Assembly: GCA_000092065.1 (NCBI GenBank)
Contig: CP000587.1
DNA from: Ostreococcus lucimarinus
Lineage: Eukaryota
Direction: 5' to 3' (one strand)
DNA: 64,000 bases
Of this stretch, positions 46,653 through 54,382 are shown piece after piece; position 1 is the stretch's first letter; each line of letters opens with the position of its first letter. Below the pieces are notes generated by a model. It ran no database searches. It saw only the letters and a list, made by a program, of their open reading frames with translations, and had not been told where the DNA came from. The position numbers and the translations under genes were made by a program.

Positions 46653-48260
46653 TTATCGAACCGGAGGCATCGGCGTGTAAGCCGTTTCGCCGTGCGAGTA
46701 CACATCCAAACCGAGCTCCTCCGCCTCGGCGGGGACGCGAATGCCTCCCGTGATCTTATCGGTGAGCTTGAGGCACGCCCATGACGCACCGGCGGTGTAC
46801 ACAGCCGTGGAGACGGCGGCGATAACTTGCACGATGGTTTGCTTCATCATGGGGACGTCGTTGAAGCCACCGAGCGCGGGGTGCGCGAGAACACCGAGCA
46901 GAATTGTGCCCAAGAATCCGCCGACGCCGTGGACGCCGAAGACGTCGAGGGCGTCATCGTAGCCAAACTTCTCCTTGACCGTGGTGGAGAAGAAACGGCA
47001 CACGATGGCGGACGCGAGGCCCATTAAACAAGCGCCAACGGGGCCGACGAAGCCGGCCGCCGGAGTGATGGCGGCGAGACCGGCGATGGACGCCGTGCAC
47101 GTGCCGAGAACGGAAACCTTGCCGTTCTCGATGACATCGAGCGCGGTCCAAACGATCGCGGCGACGGACGCGGAGAGTTGCGTCGCGAGGCACGCGAAGG
47201 CGGCACCCGCGGAAGCCGCACCGGCAGAGCCACCGTTGAAGCCGAACCAGCCGACCCACAACATGGCGGTACCGAGGAACGTCAGCACCAAGTTGCCTTG
47301 GTGCATCTTGTTCTCCTTGCGCTCGCCGAGGTACATGGCGGCGACGAGGGCACCGATGCCGGCGGTGATGTGCACGACGATACCGCCAGCGAAATCAAGG
47401 ACGCCCATGTCGGCGAAGAACGCGCCCGGGCCACCCCAAACCATGTGGCACGCCGGGAAGTACACGGCGAACATCCAGAGCGTGGAAAACCACATGACGG
47501 CGTTAAACTTCATGCGCTCGACGAGCGCACCGATCATGAGCGCCGGAGTGATGATAGCGAACGTCATTTGGTACAACACCCACAGCGCTTCGGGGATCGT
47601 CCCCGCGACCGACGCCGCGGTGACGCCCGCCAAGCCGACCTTGTCCCAACCGCCGATGAAGGACGCCAACGTCGTGACGCCCTCCTTCATGCCGACGTCG
47701 CTGAACGACAGCGAGTAACCGCACAGGAACCAAAGCACGCTCATGTGTGCCGTGAGTGCGAAGCACTGAATCAACACGCTCAGCGTGTTCGTGCGTCGCA
47801 CCAAACCGGCGTAAAACGCCGCCAAGCCCGGAATGGTCATAAACAGCACCAACGCGCTCGAAATCAAAATCCAGCACGTGTCCGCGCCGACGACCGCCGG
47901 CACCGCCGCCGCCGCCGCCGCCGCCGGACCGGCCAGCGTCAAACCCGCGACCGCGACCGCCGCCGCCGCGACCGGCGTCTTCGCCCGCGCGAACACCGAC
48001 CGCGCCGCGTTCGATTCCGCTTCCGCAAGCGTCGCCCGCGCGGCGTCCACCGACACCGCCCCCGCGACGCGCGCGCGTCGCCCCGCCGTCGCCCCGATCG
48101 CGCGTCCGAGGACGCGCGAATTTTTTTCCGCGCCGTTCGCGCGCGCCGCGCGCGCGCATCCGCTCGCGCGCGCCGCGCTCGCGCGCGCGCGCGCGTCGGT
48201 CGACAAGCGCGCCCCGCGCGTCGTCGTCGTCGTCGTCGTCGTCATCGTCATCGCGAACAT
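46653..48260 (-). CDS. AMT: Ammonium transporter (AMT/MEP/Rh family, AMT1-like)
   Basis: DTCWILISSALVLFMTIPGLAAFYAGLVRRTN, FAIITPALMIGALVERMKFNAVMWFSTLWMFAVYFPACHMVWGGPG and DFAGGIVVHITAGIGALVAAMYLGER are AMT signatures. ATG at 48258-48260 (MFAMTMTTTTTTTTRG...). The track ORF extends to 48632 through an in-frame 30-bp repeat. Confidence 0.9.
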   Translation of the reverse strand: MFAMTMTTTTTTTTRGARLSTDARARASAARASGCARAARANGAEKNSRVLGRAIGATAGRRARVAGAVSVDAARATLAEAESNAARSVFARAKTPVAAAAVAVAGLTLAGPAAAAAAAVPAVVGADTCWILISSALVLFMTIPGLAAFYAGLVRRTNTLSVLIQCFALTAHMSVLWFLCGYSLSFSDVGMKEGVTTLASFIGGWDKVGLAGVTAASVAGTIPEALWVLYQMTFAIITPALMIGALVERMKFNAVMWFSTLWMFAVYFPACHMVWGGPGAFFADMGVLDFAGGIVVHITAGIGALVAAMYLGERKENKMHQGNLVLTFLGTAMLWVGWFGFNGGSAGAASAGAAFACLATQLSASVAAIVWTALDVIENGKVSVLGTCTASIAGLAAITPAAGFVGPVGACLMGLASAIVCRFFSTTVKEKFGYDDALDVFGVHGVGGFLGTILLGVLAHPALGGFNDVPMMKQTIVQVIAAVSTAVYTAGASWACLKLTDKITGGIRVPAEAEELGLDVYSHGETAYTPMPPVR

Positions 48261-48510
48261 GTTCGCGAGCGCGTCGAGCGTGCGCGCGTGTCGTAAATTA
48301 TTTAGCGCGCGTCGAACCGCGCGGTCGCGTCGTCGCGATGTGTCGCGCGCCGCGCGCCGTCGGCCGGCGTCCAATCGGGTCGACGCGACCAACCGTCGCG
48401 CCCAAGAGTCGACAACGCCGACCGTCCCCGCGCGCCGTTCAGGACTCAACACGAGGGGGGGGGTCCGTCCGGGGGGGGTCGTCGACCGGTCTCGACCCGT
48501 CGTCCGACGT

Positions 48511-48625
48511 GGGGACGTTTTCGCCCTCGCGTGGCGACGCGACGTTTTCGCCCTCGCGTGGCGACGCGCCGTTTTCGCCCTCGCGTGGCGACGCGCCGTT
48601 TTCGCCCCCGCGTGGCGACGCGCGC
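48511..48625. repeat. 30-bp tandem repeat (about 4 copies) in the AMT/CSL4 divergent intergenic or 5' region
   Basis: gacgttttcgccctcgcgtggcgacgcgac repeated head-to-tail. Translated as SRRHARAKT repeats if the AMT ORF is extended upstream. Confidence 0.8.
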
Positions 48626-48661
48626 GCGGCACGCCGCGACGCCGACGCCGGCGCGACGGCG

Positions 48662-49216
48662 ATGCCGGCGCCGACGCGCGCGGTGCCCGGGGACGTGATC
48701 GCCGAGCGCGGCGAGGCCGCGCGAGGCGCGCGCGTCGACGCGTGCGGACGCGTGCGAGCGACGACGTGCGGGGAGGTGTTTCTCGAGGACGGCGGCGCGC
48801 GCGCGGGCGTCGGCGCGCGCGCGCCGGTGGTGCCGCGCGGCGGGGACGTCGTGTTCGGACGCGTGACGCGCGTGCTCGAGAAGGCGGCGCACGTGGAGAT
48901 CGCGGCGGTGAACGGAAGGGCGCCGAGGGGAGGGGATTTCGCGGGCGTCGTGCGAAGGCAAGACGCGCGCGCGCACGCGGTGGACTCGGTGGAGCTGGAG
49001 AGGTGCTTCAGGGCGGGGGACGTCGTCAGAGCGAAGGTGCTGTCGCTGGGCGACGCGCGGTCGTTTTATCTGACGACGGCGGGTGACGATTTGGGGGTGG
49101 TGCGGGCGACGCACGGGACGTCGCGCGCGACGATGCTTCCGATCGGTTGGACCGAGGTGCAGTGCCCGGTGACGGGGGAGGTTGAGGATAGAAAGGTGGC
49201 GAGAGTGGATGAGTGA
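48662..49216 (+). CDS. CSL4: Exosome complex component CSL4-like (S1 domain plus C-terminal Zn-ribbon)
   Basis: AVPGDVIAERG N-terminus. C-terminal GDVVRAKVLSLGDARSFYLTTAGDDLGVVRATHGTSRATMLPIGWTEVQCPVTGEVEDRKVARV resembles the CSL4 Zn-ribbon region. ATG at 48662 chosen inside track ORF 48338-49216. Confidence 0.55.
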   Translation: MPAPTRAVPGDVIAERGEAARGARVDACGRVRATTCGEVFLEDGGARAGVGARAPVVPRGGDVVFGRVTRVLEKAAHVEIAAVNGRAPRGGDFAGVVRRQDARAHAVDSVELERCFRAGDVVRAKVLSLGDARSFYLTTAGDDLGVVRATHGTSRATMLPIGWTEVQCPVTGEVEDRKVARVDE

Positions 49217-49328
49217 GTGCGAATGCCGCTAGCGTGTAATGTACATATGAGTATAGCGTGTACGTGGCGTTCCGCCGAACCGCGGACGCGGCGTCGACGG
49301 CGTCTCGCGTCGACGCGGCGCGTCAAAG

Positions 49329-50219
49329 TCATGGGGTTCCATCTGTCGTGTTCGTCGTCGGTGAGCGCGCGAACCACGATGGTTCGGGTTGCGCGCGCGG
49401 AAGGCGAACGAAAGCCGCGTCTTCGACGGCGTCGAGGGACGACGCGTCGACGGCGTCGACGTAATCCGCAAACTCAGAAAATCTATACGGTTCAGCCATC
49501 AAGTCTTCGTAATCGTCGTCGCGCTCGTCGATGAGTGGCTCGCCCACGCCGTCGTCAACGTTGTCATCATCCGCCAGTTGGCGCTTGACCCAGCGAACGA
49601 ACGGGTTGGTGTCGGAAAGTCGTCTCCAGTCTTCGTCGCGTTCGCCGCTTTCTCCGTGCGTCAGGCGCTGCACGCGCACGATGGCCGCCCGCGCGCCCTC
49701 GGCCACGATCACTTTCGCTTGCTTCGCGAACTCTCTCAACTCGTCCCTCAGCGTCATCTCTTCTTCGGAGTCCGAGTCGTCCAACTGACGGGCGCCTCGC
49801 GCGTTTCGGCCGCTCGCGCCGCGGCGTCGCTCTCCGAGCGCCCGCGCGCCGCCCAACCCGATCCCCACGTACACCAGCCCCGACACCACGATCAGCGTCA
49901 GCGCGGTAAAAATCACCAACGCCGCCCCGTCCGCGGTTCGCGCGATCGTCGGCGGCGGCGGCGACGGCGGCGGCGGCGGCGACGGCGGCGACCTCGGCGT
50001 CGGCGACGGCGGCGACCTCGGCGGGTGCGGCGCGCGCGGCGCCGGCGGCGGTCGCGGCGGTCGCGGCGGCGCCGGCGCCGGCGGCGCCTCGGGATACTCC
50101 GGATACGGCGGGTACGGCGGCGCGTCGACGGCCGCGGCGCTCGCCATCATCGTCATCGCGATCGCCGCGCGCGCGAGCGCGACGCGACGCGCGCCGACGC
50201 GTCGCGCGCGCGCGCGCAT
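49329..50219 (-). CDS. Proline-rich (extensin-like) single-pass membrane protein with acidic cytoplasmic tail
   Basis: Signal-like VALARAAIAMTMMASAAAVDA; Pro-rich PPYPPYPEYPEAPPAPAPPRPPRPPPAPRAPHPPRSPPSPTPRSPPSPPPPPSPPPP; TM ALVIFTALTLIVVSGLVYVGIGLG; acidic C-terminus. ATG at 50217-50219. The track ORF runs to 50906 but is antisense to ACBP there. Confidence 0.4.
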   Translation of the reverse strand: MRARARRVGARRVALARAAIAMTMMASAAAVDAPPYPPYPEYPEAPPAPAPPRPPRPPPAPRAPHPPRSPPSPTPRSPPSPPPPPSPPPPTIARTADGAALVIFTALTLIVVSGLVYVGIGLGGARALGERRRGASGRNARGARQLDDSDSEEEMTLRDELREFAKQAKVIVAEGARAAIVRVQRLTHGESGERDEDWRRLSDTNPFVRWVKRQLADDDNVDDGVGEPLIDERDDDYEDLMAEPYRFSEFADYVDAVDASSLDAVEDAAFVRLPRAQPEPSWFARSPTTNTTDGTP

Positions 50220-50331
50220 GGCGCGCTCACGCCCGTCGCATCGCGCCCGCGCGATCGGAGCGCGGAGACGTGCGCGCGCGCGGCGGTGTGCCGCACATCG
50301 CGTCGCGCATCGACACCCATCATCGATCGTC

Positions 50332-50691
50332 ATGGCGACGCTCGAAGAGTTTAACGCCGCCGCGGAGGCGATCAAGGCCGTGAAAGAGGTGCGCCGATCG
50401 CGACGACGATCGCTCGCGCCGACGCGACGACGCGACGCGACGCGACGACGCGATGACTGAGCGAAAACCGCGAACGATGGATAGACGACGAACGAAGAGA
50501 TGCTCGAGCTGTACGCGCTGTTCAAGCAAGCGAACGTCGGAGACGTGAACACCGCGCGACCGGGGATGATGGATTTTAAGGGCAAGGCGAAGTGGGACGC
50601 GTGGAAAAAGCGCGAGGGGACGTCGAAGGAGGACGCCATGACGGCGTACGTCGCGTTGGTCGCCGAGCTAAAGTCAAAGTACGGGAAGTGA
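50332..50691 (+). CDS. ACBP: Acyl-CoA-binding protein (ACBP, about 87 aa). Two exons: exon 1 50332-50388, intron about 50389-50484 (GT...AG), exon 2 about 50485-50691.
   Basis: Exon 1 is [19 protein letters not shown]. Exon 2 is (TTNE)[64 protein letters not shown], the canonical ACB motif. Donor aaagag|gtgcgc; acceptor gatggatag|acg. In phase; an in-frame TAG precedes exon 2. An alternative acceptor lies 12 nt downstream. Confidence 0.75.
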
Positions 50692-51089
50692 GCGCGCGTC
50701 GCGCGAACCGTCGCGATAGTGCGCTCGCGTTGTGAATGAACGACGTTCATCGTCGCGTCGCCGACGGGCGTCGCGTCGAGATTTGAATTTGACGTCGACG
50801 CCGACGACGCGACTCGACTCGACGCCGACGACGCGACTCGACGCCGACGACGCGACTCGACGCCGCACTGCGCGCCGCGGCGCGACGAACCAGCGCGCGA
50901 GCGCACGCGAAGAGACGCGCACGAGTGATACCGCGCGCGCGCGTCGACGACGATCGCGCGAGCGCGGCGCGCGCGACGACCACGCGCGCGCGTTGATTCG
51001 CATTCGACGCGGCGGCGCGTTCGACCGCGCGCGCGCGCGCGGCGCGCGTCTCCGCGCTCGACGCGCGCGCGAAAGACGCGAGAGACGTC

Positions 51090-52460
51090 ATGTCGCTCGC
51101 GCGTCAGGAGAGCGGCGAAAAGGTGCGCGGCCGGGCGTCGACGCGGTTGAAGTTGAATTCAAAACCGCGAATTGAATTGAATCGAGTCTCGTCGAGTCGC
51201 GCGCGGATGGACGATGGACGACTGACGACGCGTGTCGGCGCGCAGGATGCGAATGGCGAGGAAAAACTCGAGCGCGCGTACTCGCCGAGCCTGCGAAGCG
51301 GCGAACACGGCGAGGTGGGGTGCCGGGAAGCGATGGAAGACGCGACGGTGTTGGACGATAACGTCCCGGTGGAGGGCGCGCGGGACGTCGTGGCGTTTTA
51401 CGGCGTCTTCGATGGACACGGTGGACGGGCGGCGGCGGAGTTTTTACGAGATAATCTCATGAAAAATGTGGTTGAGAATGAAAATTTTATGCGCGATCCA
51501 GAGCTGGCGCTGAAGGAGGCGTTTTTGAGGACGGATGAGGATTTCTACGACAAGTCGGGACCGGGCGAGACGAGCGGGAGCACGGGGTTAGCGGCGTGCG
51601 TCATTGGAGGTAAGTTATATATCGCCAATGCCGGGGACTGTCGCGCGGTTTTGAGCCGGAAAGGTAAGGCGATCGATTTGTCCATCGATCAAAAACCGAG
51701 TTCAGTGGGTGAGATGGAACGCATCAAGAACGCGGGCGGTTTCGTGGAGGATGGGTACGTGAACGGGTTGCTTGGCGTCTCGCGAGCGTTCGGGGATTGG
51801 CACATCGAGGGTCTCAAAGGACGTGGGGGCAAAGCTGGACCTGTGACCGTCGATCCAGAGATAGAAAAGACACGCTTGACAGAGGACGACGAGTTCTTGA
51901 TCCTCGCGTGTGATGGTTTGTGGGACGTGTTTAGCTCACAAAACGCCGTCGACGTCGCGCGGGCAAGCCTGCGTCAACACAACGATCCGACGATTACAGC
52001 GAAAGAGCTCGCGGCAGAAGCTTTGAGGAGAGACAGTTCGGATAATATTTCGGTAGTATGCGTGTGTTTGACCCCTGAAGCGCCGAAAAAGGAGACATTT
52101 ATTCGCACTTCTCCGAGCTTGTTGCGTTCGCTCTCGGTCGAAGCAATGTCTATCGTATCAAAAGCCATGACGGATGACGCCAACTCGCCCGCAGTTCCCG
52201 AAGCGTTCGCGCCAAAACGCGTGCAAAGCATTCGGAACTTTGCAGGTCACGGACGAACTGGATCCGATTCCGATTCCATAGCCTCGGATGTCGCGTCGCA
52301 GCCATCCGCCGAACAAGTTTCGGAAGTTTTAGAAAGCATCGCGGCTCTCAACGTGGTGAATAAAGTATCGACTGGGGCGCTCGGTTTAGAGCGTCTGGAT
52401 AGCGCCGATACTTCGTCGGGAGTAGCTAATGAGTTAGACACGCTCGAAGAAGAAGATTGA
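51090..52460 (+). CDS. Protein phosphatase 2C (PPM family)
   Basis: MEDATV; FYGVFDGHGG; DGLWDV; LAACVIGGKLYIANAGDCRAVL; SRAFGDW; DNISVVCVCL. ATG verified at 51090. Ser-rich C-terminal tail. Confidence 0.9.
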   Translation: MSLARQESGEKVRGRASTRLKLNSKPRIELNRVSSSRARMDDGRLTTRVGAQDANGEEKLERAYSPSLRSGEHGEVGCREAMEDATVLDDNVPVEGARDVVAFYGVFDGHGGRAAAEFLRDNLMKNVVENENFMRDPELALKEAFLRTDEDFYDKSGPGETSGSTGLAACVIGGKLYIANAGDCRAVLSRKGKAIDLSIDQKPSSVGEMERIKNAGGFVEDGYVNGLLGVSRAFGDWHIEGLKGRGGKAGPVTVDPEIEKTRLTEDDEFLILACDGLWDVFSSQNAVDVARASLRQHNDPTITAKELAAEALRRDSSDNISVVCVCLTPEAPKKETFIRTSPSLLRSLSVEAMSIVSKAMTDDANSPAVPEAFAPKRVQSIRNFAGHGRTGSDSDSIASDVASQPSAEQVSEVLESIAALNVVNKVSTGALGLERLDSADTSSGVANELDTLEEED

Positions 52461-52531
52461 GTGCGTAAGCTCTCACCGTTTGTATTAAAACACAGTACCA
52501 CTACAACTCGACGCCGAAACCGCTGAATCGC

Positions 52532-53719
52532 TCAGCCAACGTTCGCGTTCTCCATCACGACATCGCACATTTCATAGTAGATCTCCCCTAAACGAGTCAC
52601 CACCGGCGTGGACTCTTCACCTTCGCGAAGGAGACTCACTCGCAAATTAATCACGCTATCTATGAATCGGCCTGGGCGCAAATCTCTCGAGTCCAACCCA
52701 GCCGCCGTCGCAGCGGCTCGTTCGATGCGAGGTTGGAACCCGCGCGTCGTCTTCTTCAGTTTGACTTTACCGCTCGATCTATCGAAGTCTTGATCAAGCT
52801 TATCTCGCGTTTCGTCGAACATCTGCGCCAGCAACGCGCGCCGTTGGGCCACCGTGTTAACCACGACGAGTTCCTTGATGAGCGCGGATTCCGCCTTTGG
52901 AAGCTCTGAAGGCGCGAACGAACCGGAGACGACGACGTCGCTGTACACCCCACTGGCGTCCGCAGCTTTCGACAACTGTCGAGCGGTCTCTCGCACGACG
53001 ATAACTTGGTACAGGAGGTCCCAATTAGGAATCTGTTCCTGAAGTTCGAGCTCGTCGATGAGTTGCGCGGCGGCGCGTTCAATTTTTTCCACGCTCACCC
53101 CCGGAACGTCTACATCCCCCAACGCCCGACCGCCACCCGCGTGCGCGACGCGTATGACTTCAAACCGCTCTTCATTACTCTTCAGCCTCGCCACGAGCTG
53201 CACGACCTGCATCTCATCCGTCAACGAATCCGTCACCGTCGCCAGCGTCTCCTCCTTGATTGCGTTCAACAGCGACACCAATTGCAAATCCCCGCTCGCC
53301 TCACTCGCCCGCACGTACGCCCCCAGCGCGGCCAAAAACGATCCATCCAACTCTTCAAAGTGCGATCGCACCACCGCGCGCAGCACCGCGCGCTTATCCA
53401 CCGCGCTCTCCACCGCCTCTCGCTCGTTCGCCGCGCTCGCCTCGTTCAGCACCTCCGTCGCCGCCTCCTCCAAAAAGATTCCCTCCACCGTCTCTCGTAT
53501 GATCTTATCCAGCACCTCGCTCGCCGCGTCCACGCGCTTCGCCGTGTCGTCGTCTTCCATCGCGCGCTCGTCCTCGATCGCGTCCGCGCGCGCGTCGCGT
53601 CGCCGCCGTCGCCGCCGTCCCAGAATTCGTCGCGCGCGAATCGACGCGTCGCGTCCCGCGCGGCGCGTCCCGAGCGTCGCGCGCGGCGCGATCGCGCGCG
53701 GCGACGCCGCGGCGAGCAT
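52532..53719 (-). CDS. Hypothetical protein with Arg/Ala-rich presequence and acidic, helical mature region; family unknown
   Basis: ATG at 53717-53719 (MLAAASPRAIAPRATLG...). Codon-biased, non-repetitive body. The track ORF extends to 53950 only by reading through the upstream 46-bp tandem repeat. Confidence 0.45.
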   Translation of the reverse strand: MLAAASPRAIAPRATLGTRRAGRDASIRARRILGRRRRRRRDARADAIEDERAMEDDDTAKRVDAASEVLDKIIRETVEGIFLEEAATEVLNEASAANEREAVESAVDKRAVLRAVVRSHFEELDGSFLAALGAYVRASEASGDLQLVSLLNAIKEETLATVTDSLTDEMQVVQLVARLKSNEERFEVIRVAHAGGGRALGDVDVPGVSVEKIERAAAQLIDELELQEQIPNWDLLYQVIVVRETARQLSKAADASGVYSDVVVSGSFAPSELPKAESALIKELVVVNTVAQRRALLAQMFDETRDKLDQDFDRSSGKVKLKKTTRGFQPRIERAAATAAGLDSRDLRPGRFIDSVINLRVSLLREGEESTPVVTRLGEIYYEMCDVVMENANVG

Positions 53720-53788
53720 CGCCGGTCGTCGACGCGCGCGCGCGTCGCGGTGTCGCGCGCGCGCCGCGCGGGACGCGACGCGTCGATT

Positions 53789-54050
53789 CGCGCGCGTATA
53801 CCACCGCGAAAACGCCCATCGAGGGTGGACGCGCGTATACCACCGCGAAAACGCCCATCGAGGGTGGTCGCGCGGACGCGCGTATATTACCGCGAAAACG
53901 CCCATCGAGGTGGCGAGCGGACGCGCGTATATTACCGCGAAAACGCCCATCGAGGGTGGCGAGCGGACGCGCGTATATCACCGCGAAAACGCCCATCGAG
54001 GGTGGCGAGCGGACGCGCGTATATTACCGCGAAAACGCCCATCGAGGGTG
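53789..54050. repeat. Six tandem copies of an approximately 46-bp unit containing a TATA-like core, in the divergent promoter between 52532-53719(-) and PI4K(+)
   Basis: Unit acgcgcgtatat(t/c)accgcgaaaacgcccatcgagggtgg(cgagcgg). Each unit has gcgtatata plus a ccacc...ggtgg inverted repeat. Followed at 54320-54370 by a purine-rich run and (gattgattgattg). Confidence 0.85.
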
Positions 54051-54382
54051 GCGACCGGCCGATCGACCGTCGCGGTCGATCGACGCGTGTCGAGGGCGCG
54101 TCGGCGCGCAGAGCGCGACGCGCACGGCGCGCGACGGCGGCGGCGGCGCGCGCGCGGAGCGCTCGCGAGGGATCGCGATCGCGCGAGAGACGCGCGCGAG
54201 AGACGCGAGAGACGCGCGCGCGAAGCGCGCTTAGGGGGGGGAATTCGATCGACGCCGACGCGGTGCCCAGCGCGTGGGACGCGAGGACGCGGGGCGTCGC
54301 GCGCGCGAGCGCGAAGGGATAGAGAGCGAGAGGGGGAGAGGGAGAGAGAGAGGGATTGATTTGTTGATTGATTGATTGGACG

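Noticed and set aside
53505-53996. ORFs translating the 46-bp promoter tandem repeat (MGVFAVIYARPLAT... repeats). Likewise the AMT N-terminal RRHARAKT repeats at 48500-48632.
   Set aside because: The periodic peptide is just the tandem DNA repeat read in frame. The flanking genes have convincing ATG starts downstream of the arrays.
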